Shown piece after piece: positions 12,200 to 23,900 of a stretch of 64,000 nt of DNA. The notes below the pieces were generated by a model, which saw nothing but the letters and a program-made list of their open reading frames with translations, did no database searches and was not told the origin of the DNA. The DNA lies in assembly GCA_013265495.1 (NCBI GenBank), contig MU059330.1:14021980-14085979 (forward strand). The letters are read 5' to 3'. This DNA comes from Vicugna vicugna (taxonomy: Eukaryota). Both the position numbers and the translations under genes were made by a program. Each line of letters starts with the position of its first letter. Position 1 is the stretch's first letter.

Positions 12200-13790
12200 A
12201 ACAAGGTTGGTTTAAGGTTGGAACATCCACCAATTTAATCCAACATATTAACTGAATGAAGGAGAAGAACCATACGACAGAGCTTTGACAGAACGACAAG
12301 AACTCTCAGCAAACCGGGAACAGAAGGCAACGTCCCCCACTTTACTAAATGTGCCTCTGAAAATGCACAGCTAACGTCCAGACCGGAGTTTTCCCCTTAA
12401 ATTGGTAACGAGGCACCACTCTGATCAGCACTGGGTAGCGGGTGTCAGTCAGTGCAAGGAGATAACAGCCATGAAGGCACACGTGATGAGGAGGAAAAAT
12501 AAAACCGTTTTCCTCCCCAGGTAGCGTGGCTGTGAGTGGGGAGAGTCCTAAGGAATCTACAAACATGCTACAGGATTAATGCATGAACTTAGCAAGGGCG
12601 AAGCACACACCGCAAACATAACGGAATTCAGCTGTGCTTCTGGACACTAGCAACAGACTCTGGAAACTGAAATAGAAACAATCTCGTTTACAACAGCATC
12701 AAAACAATACAATGAAGGGCAGCATTAGACAAGCAGAGGTGAGACCTGCAGATGATAAGCAAGAGTGATGAAACGCTGCTGAGAAAATGAAAGACAACCT
12801 AGATCAACGCGATGCGCACCACACTCGGGGACGGGCAACCGCGTTACCAAGAGGTTGATCTTCCCAAACCGACCAGCAGATTCAACACAATCTCATGAGA
12901 AATCCCAACAAGTGTTTCTGGGATACTAACAAATTCATTCTGAAGTTTATATGGGAAGCGAAAGGCTCCAGGTGGGTCAAAGCAGTTTTGGCAGAGGAAC
13001 ACTTGGAGGACTCACATTATCTAATTTCAAGGCTTAACCTAAAGCGTCAGTAATCAGGGCGGTGTGATACCAGCACGGGTGTCAGAATGCAGGGTCCAGA
13101 GACCGACCCACATGTGCATGTCACAGAGCTGTCGAGGGAAGTCAATAGGGCGAGGATGTTCACACTGACAAACGGTGCCGGACATGCAGCCTCCATCCTC
13201 ACTCCAGGCCCCCCCAAGCGTTAGCTTGAAATGGAATGCAGACCTGTAATGTGAAAGCTAAAACTATACAACTTCTGAAATCAGGAAATCTTTTTTGTTT
13301 TACTCATTATTTTTTACTGAAGTACCGCTGATGTCCAATATTATACAAAGTACAGGTGTCCCATGCAGTAATTCAGTTTTCAAAGGTTCTACCCCATTTA
13401 CCGTTACTATAAAATACTGGCCGCAGTCCCCGTGCTGCACAATATATCCTTGGCTTATTTATTTTGTACATCGTGGCTTGTACCTCTTAACCCCCTACGC
13501 CTACACCGCCCCCCACAACTGGTAACCATCAGTTTGTTCTCTACCGTGAGACTGTTTACTTTTTGTTATAGTCACTAGCTGTGTTGCATTTTTTAGATTC
13601 TGCAAGTGCGTGATGTCACGCAGTATTGGTCTTTCTCCGTCTGACTTAGGAAATGAGAAAATCTTAATGACCTTGGTGTAGGTAAATACTTCCAAAACAG
13701 GATATAAAAAGCATGATTCATAAGAGAAATACATTGATAAACTGGACTTCATCAAAATTTAAAACATCCTTTTTGAAAGACGCTGTTGAT
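12200..13790 (+). mobile_element. Second old L1 ORF2 remnant, interrupted by an antisense L1 at 13290-13647
   Basis: aaactctcagcaaac, caggattaat, agattcaacacaatc, aaattcattctgaagtttatatgg, aaagctaaaactat...gagaaaatcttaatgaccttgg, aaactggacttcatcaaaatttaaaac appear in L1 ORF2 order. Confidence 0.75.
13290..13647 (-). mobile_element. 5'-truncated L1 3' end, antisense, nested in an older L1
   Basis: T-rich tail on the left; tgtgttgcatttttagattc...gcagtattggtctttctccgtctgactt is an antisense L1 3' UTR; flanked by AGGAAAT at 13283-13289 and 13648-13654. Confidence 0.8.
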
Positions 13791-14021
13791 ACCTACCAGA
13801 CTGTGCCACCACCAGTGACTGAAAACCACACCATCGATTGTTTCTCAGGATTCTGTGGTTCTCCTGGACGCTTGCTCTCTGCACGTGCTGAGGTCCGACA
13901 CTCAGCTGCATCATCCTGGGGCCGTGTCCCCCTGGGGCCGGAGCATCCTCCAGGGCCCCTCCTCCCCGCCGTCTAACGTGAGCCACAAACAATTAGAAAG
14001 AGTGACTTTAAAAAAATTCCT

Positions 14022-14270
14022 TGGGGGAAAGGTTGGGAGAGGGATCAAACAGGAGTTTGGGATTAACAGATACACACTACTCTACATAAAATAAATAGAC
14101 AGCAAGGATCTGCTGTAGAGCACAGGGAATAGTATTCCATTTCTTGTAATAACATACAATGGAAAAGAATCTGAAAAGAAAAACAATTATATATATGCAT
14201 ATGTATAACTGGATCTCTTTGCTGTACATCTGAATCTAACAGTATAAATCAACTACACTTCAATAAAAAA
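14022..14270 (+). mobile_element. L1 3' end (laurasiatherian/cetartiodactyl type) ending in caataaaaaa
   Basis: gggagagggatcaaacaggagtttgggattaacagatacacactactctacataaaataaat...agcacagggaa...atcaactacacttcaataaaa. Confidence 0.85.
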
Positions 14271-16399
14271 CTTTTAGATTTTTCAATAGATTCCTTTATT
14301 TTACCACCGCAAAATTACAACACATCCAGGAATTAATCTGGTAAAATGTGAAATCTTTGTGTAGAAAAAAATTTCAAACACTATCAAAGAACTAAAAAGA
14401 AGACCTAAATAAATGAGAGAATAACTATTGGTGAAAAAACAATGCTTGAAATTGCAAAGCACCTGTGTGTTCGTATTGACTATGTTCTTTTATTTTCTGT
14501 ATTTCCTGACTCACTGACGTCTTGAGGCCTTGCTGCCGCTGGAGGGATGCTCTTAGGGTTACTCCTCCGGGAGCGCACCTTCCAGATGCAGACCAGCCAG
14601 TCCGGAGCCCACAGCCCAGCCCTCTCCTCTGTGGGGCACCCACCTCGGGGCGCTGAGCCCTGCCTTCACCACTCCAGGCCAGGTCTAGACCACTGGGGAC
14701 AGCCCTTGACTTCCCCACCCACTCAGGACCCTCAGCCTCAGCAGTGACTGTCTTCCTCTCCAGCTGTAGTCCCCAACCGACTCCCAGCCCATCCCTTCAC
14801 CTGACCCAGGATCCTTCAGGACCGAGATGGGGCCACAACAGCGGTTTCAGCCTCCCCTGCAGGGCTGGCTCTTTGCCTTCACGCCCCAAGCCCCTCCCTA
14901 AAGAGCCCTCCTGGCTCCTAACCCCCTCCCCCATCCTCTATCACACAGCTTCCCAGAAAGAGGCTCTTAAATCTCCCCGTCCACACCACAGCTCACCACG
15001 GGCTGGTCTCAACTGCTGATCCCACTGCTGAGTGGCCATTCCAGGTTTACCCTGGTCATCCTCCCGAGGAGGTAACTTCAGACTCACCCCCGACTCCCTG
15101 GCCCTGCTGTCCACGGACTCGCCCCTTCTGTGGTCCCTTCTGGGCCACGCTGTCCTGGATGCTTCCACCCTCCTGGGCCACTCAGGTCCCCAGGGCCCTG
15201 CGGTTTTGATGAGGTGAGTGTCCTTCAGTTTGCACCCTCCACCCAGCTTCCTCTCCCGCCGCACAGCCCGTCGCCCAGCCCACCAGCTCTCCCAGCTCGG
15301 CTGGCTCGTTTCTGTAGTCAGAGCAATTGGCAACTGAATGGCTGATGGCTTCGGAGACAAGGGAAATGGGGCCTACTGGAGCTCACCAGCAAATCCCCAG
15401 GCTTCTGGGTCATCGCGACACAGGGGAAGAGGCAGACGCTGCTCTGTTTGTCTGCAGGTGTGACAGCCAAGGTCCCGAGGAGAGGTAACCTGCCCAGGTC
15501 AAGCGTAAGGCTTTGAAGAAGTTCGGACCCCGCCCTGCTCTCTCCCTTCCACACTGACGGTGTGTGTAGGATGCCGCAGACGTCAGCAGGACCATGGCCT
15601 CCCTTTGGGTCCCCGGGCTCTCCTCTCTCCATCGAAACACAGAAGGGCCCTCGGCATGGCGATACTTCACCATGTCGTCCACGAGGGTGCAGGCTGGGTT
15701 CTCGGAGGGTCAACCACTCCTGACCCACTACCCAGGCAGAACACAGGTGCCCCCCAGGAGCCCAGGGCCTTGGAGAGGTCAGGCAGGCAGCCCCAGAGCA
15801 CTCCAGAAGAGCTGGGCTCCTCCCCGCGGTTCCAGGCGTCCACGTGTGACCTGACGGGGCTGCAGCTGTACGCCAGCCTCTCCTCACCCGCCGCCCATGC
15901 CAGCTCACGCCTTCCGTCTCCTGCCTGTCAGGGCCGCAGGGAGAGACGTGCAGAAATGTAGCTGTTCTCACTGCAAAAGGTTTGAGGTGAAGTTTTGAAA
16001 TTTATAAATTTTGAAGAGGGAGCTATTTTGCTTTTGCCCTGGTCAGTGCTGTGCCACAAATAGGGACCCCCAGCACCCCCCTTCACCCACAGGTGTTATT
16101 CCATGACCCAGAGTCCTTAGGGAATGGGAACAATTCATCACCCGCTTCTCAGACCACTGGGTCCCAGTCTGCACGTGCCGGGGCCCACCATCCGAATGGA
16201 CCCTGTGGCCCGAGAGGACCTGGAGAGTCCGGGATGAGGCCTGCCCTCAGGGGCTCCTAGAGCAGCTCACAGCCAGGACTGGCAGGACCACGGAGCAGCG
16301 CAGGGGAGCCCTTCTGAGGACAGGACAGACGGAAGAAAAGCCGCGGGAGCTGGGTCTGGGGCGGGGACCCAGTGGAACCTCCTGCAGGCCTGTCACACG

Positions 16400-17950
16400 T
16401 GCGGCCTGGCTGGGGCCCGTTCCTCGTGTGCGTCGGGATTTGGGCAGCTGGGGCGGCCTAGCGCCAGGACTGCCGGGGGGCTCCTCACCCACACGCCATG
16501 GGAGCGCGTGCCCTCCTGGTCTTCTGTCCCCGCGTCGCTGACTCTCCCTTCCCCCCACGGCCCCGCCCCCGGGTCGTACCCTGAGCGGCGGAAGGGGGCG
16601 ACGTGGCGGGCCGCACTGCGCTGGGGGCCGGATCTCCCCTTCTCGGGGACCGGGCCCGCTGGCCAAGCCCAGTGGTCCGGCCACAGCAGGAGGCTCTCCG
16701 CCAGGGCCTCGGCGCCCCTGGGAACGGGTCGGCCTTGGTCCCCGCGAGCTAACCCAGGCGCAGGGCGCGCGGCGGGGGAGCGCGGGGGGTACTGCCTCTC
16801 GGGGCCCTGGGGAGGCGGGGCTCACGCGGAGCCCCTCCCGAGCCCGCCCCGCCCCGCCCACGTCATGCCGCTGCCCTTCCTGCGCCTGCGCGGCCGGGCT
16901 CCCGGCCCGCTCCTGCCGCCGCGCATCCTCTGCCCGCGCCCGGCTCCCCGCGCCCACCTCCGCGCCCCGCTCGGTCCCCAGCTCCGCACCCCGCTCCGCG
17001 CCCGGCCCCGCGCCCCGCGCCCCTCGCGGCGGGCGGCGCGGCCATGAGGCTGCGGGGACGCGATTCCCGCGCCGCCCCCGCCTCCAGCGCGGGGACCAGC
17101 GACGCGCGGCGGCTGGCGCCCCCGGGGCGGAACCCTTTCGTACACGAGCTGCGCCTCAGCGCCCTGCAGAAGGCCCAGGTGGGTGCCCGCCGTGTGCCCG
17201 ACACGCCCCGGGCCCGGGGCTGCGCCGAGGGTCCGGGATGCGCGGCCGGAGGGGGCTGGGAAGGGGACCGCGGGCGCGGCCCAGCCTCGCGGCCCCGGGC
17301 CCCAGGACGCGCGACCGCCACACTCCCCTGAGGCCCGCAACCCGCATCCTCGCCGCCCTCGCCCCATCCTCCGGTTCCCGCCGCCGGTGCCCCGAACCTG
17401 GCTCCGCATCCCCAGTCCCTAGGTCCCCGCACGCGGCCCTATCCCCCTTTCCCTGATCCCTGGATCCCTGGCCCCTGCACCCCGACCTCAGACCTGCGCG
17501 CAGGTCGGCCGCGCCCCGCAGCCCTTGGTCCGGGCTCCCGTTCCCGCTGCGTTCCGGTCCCGCGCGGTACCGGAGCGGCTCCCCCGGATGTGACTTGGTC
17601 CCTTGGTGCGCTTGGTGTGTGGGGACCTCGCTGGTCACGTGAGTCATTGCCAGTGGCAGTGTGGTGCGGACTGTGCGGGGTGCTCTGCAGGTAACTGGCG
17701 GGAAGACGTCAGCCTCTGCGTTTGCGAGCTGTTCCCGGGGCCCGCGTGGGGCTGGGCTTGCGGCCCGACTCGGTCGTGCACAGCCTGGTCCCCCTGGGCA
17801 ACAGCGTGCGGGCGCGTCTGCTCCCCACGTTTAGCCTGTTGAGGGGCCCGGCCCTGGCGGAGGGGTGGCCGCTGCAGGACTTGGGGTCCCCACGCTTGTG
17901 CCTTCCCTTCGCGTGGCTCCTGGCCTGGAGGGACGCTTCCCCGAGCCGGT
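16400..17950. promoter_or_regulatory. CpG island / TATA-less promoter of LPCAT1 (boundaries approximate)
   Basis: Very dense CpG and GC content around exon 1; tandem GC boxes CCCGCCCCGCCCCGCCC at 16843-16859 and GGAGGCGGGG at 16811-16820; no TATA box seen. Confidence 0.85.
17044..17178 (+). CDS. LPCAT1: LPCAT1 exon 1 (MRLRGRDSRAAPASSAGTSDARRLAPPGRNPFVHELRLSALQKAQ)
   Basis: gccATG Kozak context, 45 codons, donor CAG|GTGGGT at 17179, phase 0. Confidence 0.97.
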
Positions 17951-20449
17951 GGGGCCTGCGAGCTGGCCTTGCGGACTCTGGTGGTGAGCTGGGTTTGCGC
18001 TTCTGTAAGTTGCTCTTCTGACTCCAAAACTGAACGTCGAAGCAGAGAAGTTTCCGGTCTGCAGCGTCTGTGCAGACGGTGGGGACTGTATCTCCGACTG
18101 TGACGGAACTCTTTTGGGGGGAGGTTGACGTGTTTTTTAATGTGTAAGGTCATTCATTTGAAACAATATTGGAGTGAGAAGTCTTGAACTCAGTCTAAAG
18201 CTGTCATTTTCCAGATGCCTGACTTCCCCTCAGTGCCTTCTTTGGCGCGTTCAGCTGTTGTCGGTGGGAGAAGAAACAGGCAGCGAAGACTGAGGCGAGG
18301 GAAGAGCGGATAGGGTGGCGGACCTCCTGGGACGCGAAAGGGCAGGGCTGTGCTCCGCTGGTCCCTGTGCGTGTCAGGAGCAGACACCAGCTCCACTCGC
18401 CCGTGTGGTCTGCCGGCACCTCGTCCACTGCCGGGTGCTCTGCCCGGCGTCCGCAGCCCCTTCCTCTGGGCTCCTGAGCAGGTGCGCCCTGTGATCCAGC
18501 GGGGCCTTCCTCCCACGGCTCTGCTGCTTAGAGCCCGCTGGGGTGAGTGCCTCCGGGCTGGGGCCCTGACCCCTCATCCCTGCCCGGGCCTGGCTGGTCA
18601 CCCGGCCTCCCGCTGTTGTCCCCCTGTCTGGCCGCTCTCTCCTGGCCACTCTGCAGCTCCCTCGGGCCCGCGGTGAAACAGCACCTCTGAGAGGGGCCCC
18701 CTCCACCCTGGATGGCCCCCCCTGAGCTCCCACCACGCCAGGAGCCTCTGGTCCTGCGGGTGCATGGGGGCCAGGTCTGTCCTGGCCAGGACTCTGTGCT
18801 CACTGCCCGCAGGGGAGAGGGGTCCACTGCAGAGAGTCAGCTGGTTGCTGAGAGAATAAACAAGGGGAGGGGACAGACGTCAGCTCCCTCGGGCGGGGTC
18901 ACGGCGTTGTACGGTTTGGAGCAACTCCTGTGGGCTGTTCTTGCCCGAGCGTCAAGCGAGAATGCAAGAGCGGACCGGGCGGGTGGGTGTCTTCCCCTCC
19001 AGAGAGGGAGGGACGCTTTGTGTGTGTGTGCCTTGTTGCAGCGTTTCAGGGGCCGTTTCAGAATCATCTTGGCATCTTTGTAACCAAGTCCTGCTCCTGT
19101 TCCGAGGCCTGCAGTGTGAGGCCAAGGGTGTGTAGCCTGAATTTACCCTCCAAGTTCCAAGCCCCGCTCTGTGGAAACATTTTGCTTTTCACCAAAAACA
19201 CTCTGCAAAGCGTTTCCCCTTTACGTATGCGTTATGGTAGAGTTTCCGCAGAGTGAACTGGCCAAGCCAAGCAAAGAAAGCTGCCTCCCCAAATCAGTAA
19301 GTAGATGGAACCTGCAACGTCTGAGACCCCCCAGGGCGCTGAGCTGTGAGCGCAGATGGCCCAGCAAGTGTGCCTGTGTTACCTGCTGGCATTGGCTGTG
19401 GGGGAGGGGCTGCCCGTGCCTGGGGATGAATGGCTGGTCCGTCCGTCTGTCACTTAACTGCACATTTGGTGAGGAGCTTAAGCATCTCTTTGGAGGGAGA
19501 ACCACACGTTAAGATCAGAGCAGCCGTGACTGGTAGAAACTTAGTGGCAGATCGCAGGGTGCTTTGTTGGTCTGGGAGTCACGCAGGGGTGTTACGTCAC
19601 TCCGGCCTTTTGGTACTTCCCGTTGGAAGCCGTGGTCATGGGCACATCCCCACTTCAGCTCTGTCACTTCCCCGTTTCTGAATTCACTGTAACCAGTGTC
19701 AGTGAGGATTTACTTCCTGGAAAGCAGCCTGGTTTCCCAGACACTTTGGAACCAAGTCCTTGGAGGTGAGGCCACTGTGTGCACCCCTCCCCCGGCCAGT
19801 CCGTAGGGAGGTTTACCAGGAGGGGTGACTCTAGGGACAGGCCTGTGCAGTGGCCTGCGTGGAGTGGGCGATGTCTTTCTCCGAGTTGTTATCCGAATGC
19901 CCGAGTTCTGATAAAAGGACGGCAGCAAGCACCCCAATGTCTCAGCCTGGGTCTGTGTTAGGGGTGGCGGCCCTGGAGCAGGGCTTCCAGGCTGCTCCCC
20001 GAGGGGGTGCCTGATGGTGGCACTGGTGCATCTGTGCCCAGAGGTCCTGGTGACTCCAGCGTCCTTGCCGCTGGGAGGCAGGGTTGGGGGGGCGCCGTGT
20101 CCCCTTACCCAGGTGAGGGGCGCAGGCCCAGGTGCTGTGCTGACCCCGGACCCCGGGCAGTGCGGGCTGGCTCAGCGTGGAGTCTGACCCAGCGGCTTTC
20201 TCGGCTAACCCCCCCCCCGAGCCCCCTTTAATCCGATTCTGGTTCTCTGGAAGGGCACACGCAGAACTTGACTGTGGTTGATGCTGAGGAGGGAGACGGG
20301 GGATTCAAGCTTCTAAGACTTGACTCTTCATTTTTTATGCTTTTCTGTCCCAGAATGGGGACACACACGTCCACACGCATAGTCCTGTCTTGCGCCCTCT
20401 TTAGTGTCTCAACACTGAGTAAGACACAGTCAGTCTTACTTCCCATTTT

Positions 20450-20994
20450 ATTTTATTTTAATTTTTTTATTGAAGAACAGTCAGTTACAACGTGTCAATG
20501 TCTGGTGCACAGCACAACGTCCCGGTCATGCAGATACAGACATACAGTCATTTTCATATTTTTTCATTAAAGGTTATAGCAAGATGCTGAACATAGTTCC
20601 CTGTGCTGTACAGAAGAAATATGTGTTTCTTTAACGTATTTTCACATACAGTGGCTAACATTTGTAAATCTCAAACTACCAAACTTATCCCCTCCCACCC
20701 CCTCCCCCGGTAACCACAGGGTTGCTTACTCCGTCTGTGAGTCTGATTCTGTTTTATAGAGGAGTTTGTGTGTCCTTTCATTTTCATTGTTTTGGATTCC
20801 ACATATGAGCGATCTCATGTGGTATTTTTCTTTCTCTTTCTGGCTTCCTTCACTTAGAATGACGACCTCGGGGTCCGTGCATGTTGCTGCAAACGGCGTT
20901 ATTCTTTTCCTTTTTATGGCTGAGTAGCCTCCCATTGTGTAAATACACCACAGCTTCTTTACCCGGTCATCTGTCGGTGGACACATAGGTCGGC
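20450..20994 (-). mobile_element. 5'-truncated L1 (camelid-like 3' UTR), antisense in intron 1, with about 13-bp target-site duplication
   Basis: tttttattgaagaacagtcagttacaacgtgtcaat...cattaaaggttat...catagttccctgtgctgtacagaagaaat; TSD TACTTCCCATTTT (20437-20449) / TACTTCTCATGTT (20995-21007). Confidence 0.85.
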
Positions 20995-23900
20995 TACTTC
21001 TCATGTTAAAAACGCAGGATTTTGTCCCTGAAGGGAGCGCTGAGCCCCACTGAAGGAGCCGATGCCTGCCCACCCTGCCGTCCACAGGCCCCACCCCAGA
21101 GGGCGCCAGGCGGTGGGAAGGTTGGAGGAAGTGCCTGGGGCGCCCCTGCCCGGTGAGTCTCAGCACAGCTTCTGCGAGCCCCTCTCCCTGCCGTCAGACC
21201 CAGGGGCTGGAGCCCTGCCGAGTTCTCGTGGGTCTGCCGTGGGGTCGGGTTGGTGTTGCAGTGGAAACCTCCGTTCCAGCTGTGAGTGACTCTGAGATGA
21301 GCCCGGAGGAAAGTGTGCACTTGGAAGCATCTTTGAATGTGGTGGCGGGTTTGTCCTTCTAAAGCCCAAGTCACCGCTCAGCCGTCAGTGCCGCGTCTCA
21401 CATTAGAGCTGATTCGCTTGTTCCTTGGTGTTTTGACCACGTTCCAGCATCGTCAGCTGGGGTGTTGTCAGCGTCGCTAAAGGCCCTGCATGTGGCCGCT
21501 GGCCTCCCGGCTTCCGGCTTCGCTGCATTTGGTGATGCTCCTGGACCGTCCTGGGTGGAGCCGCTGGCCTCGCCCTGTGCTCCTGTGAGGGGCCAGCTCA
21601 GGTGCGTGGACCTGCGGCCTTTTTCCTCCGGAAAGCCATATTTCCATCTTAGCACTGGAGGAGTGAGTTATTTTCCCTAAAAAGTTAGTTGCCGCCTAAG
21701 AACTTTTGAAACAACATCTTTCACAGTCTTCACATTTCAGACCCGGAGAATGGGGCCACGGGCAGGGCTCCCTAAGTGTTCTCGGCCAGGCCCAGCAGGT
21801 GAGGGCTGGCGTGTGCCACTCGACGGGGACCTGCTGCTCCTGCTGTGCGCAGCGCCTGCGCACAGCTGTGCCCTAGCCAGCGGGCATGCGGGGGTGGGCC
21901 AGGCACTGGACGGCCCACCCCCTCAGGGCGGGGGTCTTTCACACTGGGATCCATTCACTCCCCCAGGCCAGCCCCCCACCGTCTCACACACAGAGCAAGT
22001 GACAGAACCCCCCTTTCTATAGCAGTAGACCTTTCTCGCCCATAGGGAGGAGTCATTGGTCACTTTTGTGCCATGTGACTTACCATCCCCACACCCTCCT
22101 GCGGTCCCGCAGGCCCCCTCAGCTCAGTCTGTCTCCAGCTGGACTCCTCCCTTTTGCTGCTGTCAGCGCCCACAGCCACCCAGCGTGGAGGGGTCTCAGG
22201 GTAGTCGGGGCTACTTCTGCCGCCGCCCCACCCTGTGCAGTGGTCTCCCAGCTGCCTGCCCCCCTGCCCCCTTCCAGTCCATCTCAACCGCACCTGTGCT
22301 TTCATTCTAAGGAGCAGTCAGATGGATCACCTGCATGCTTCCCCGCTGTGCTCAGGGGAATGACCACCCAGCCAGGGGATAGGCTGCCCCAGGCTGCTCT
22401 CCACCCCTGCTCCACCGACCAGCACCAGGGGCCCTGTGTCCCAGCCTGGCCTCACAGTGTAACCGGTGGGTCAGGGGTTCTCTGCAGCTGGGGGCAGAGC
22501 TGGGAAGCTCAGGGGGGCTGCCTGCCACTGTAAAGTACAGAATATGCCCAAGGGTCTCCTCGAAGATAAAGGGGGACTCCCACAGCTGGGGGCTGTAGCC
22601 AGGATGTGGGTGAGGGGAACTCCTTGCAGTTAGGGGGTGGGGCTAGGATGCTCCCTGGGGCTTCCCACAGATGAGGCCCTGGACCCAGAATTTTGGAGGG
22701 GCCCCCAGCCACTGGGGGTGGGGGTTGAGGCAGGATGTTCTGGGGATGCTCCCCTATCTGAGGGTGCCGTGGGGTAGGAGGTGCCCAGAGAGAGGCTGCC
22801 TGTAGCTGGAGAGGTTGTCCTGCAGCTGGGAGCCCTGACAGCCCGGGACGGAGTGGGGGAGTGGGGCAGTGGCCTCACAGCCTGGAGCCCAGGACGCCCT
22901 CTCTGGCCCCAGGCCTGTCGCTTCCCGAGGATATTTGCTGAAGCGACTGGACGGCAGGAAGCGCTGCTGGTCTTGAATTTCGAGATTCTTTCACTCCAGC
23001 CCTGTAGGGAGAGCCCCGGAGACAAGGGATTTCCTTGATCCGCAGCCAGGGCGGGTCTGGCTTCTGGGCGGGCTCCCAGCTGAGCGAGCGAGGCTGCAGC
23101 CGCGGCTGGAGGGCGGGGTCCATGCCTCTCGAGCCTTCACCTCTGGCCCTGGCACTGGCTCAAGTGTTCCCGCAGGTGCCACCTGGCGTGTGTTTGTGGA
23201 CGCGGGCGGAGGACTGGCCTTCTCCGTGCCTGTCCTGTGCCCGCCCCGCTGCCTCTCACCCCCTCGGCCAGATCTTCTCAGCGACAAGGCTGCGTCGTGC
23301 ACCGGGTCCTGCCCCTGACGCTGCCCATCCCGCCTCGGTCACTGCCCAAGCCTCTGCGCTGGTCTGTGGAGTTCACAGCCCTGCATCTGTTTTTGCAAGT
23401 GGGAGCTTGGTGCCTTGAAAGCTCCGTTCTGCGGACGTGTAATTACAGGTGTCCTGGCCCCACAGGTGAGATGCCGGAGGAAGTAGGTCAGGTGTTGCCA
23501 AATTTCTGCGCCAACTCCCACCTTTGGATCTGAGCCTGTCTCTGGTGGGACGTCCAGCCAGGAGAGAGAGCTTATGCCTTCCAGCATTTCCACCCCACCC
23601 CCCGACCTGCGGCCCTGAGCTCTCCGGGGTGGGTGGCGGGGCCGCAGGAGGGCCTCCGGCCTGAGGGTCGCTTCATTGCGACCTTCACACCTGGAGGCTG
23701 GGGAGCGGCATGTCGGAATCACCAGGACCCCAGGGACAGAGCTCTGGTCTCCAGGCAGAGGGTCCTGAAAACTCCAAGAGGACATTTTATATAAAACTAA
23801 GTGTGTGGGAGGGGGGCTGAGGAGGGCCAGGGAGAGTGAACCCTGCCTGGCCCCCTGGCCCACCCACTTCTCCAGGCCCAGACCTGCCCCTGCTTGGAAG

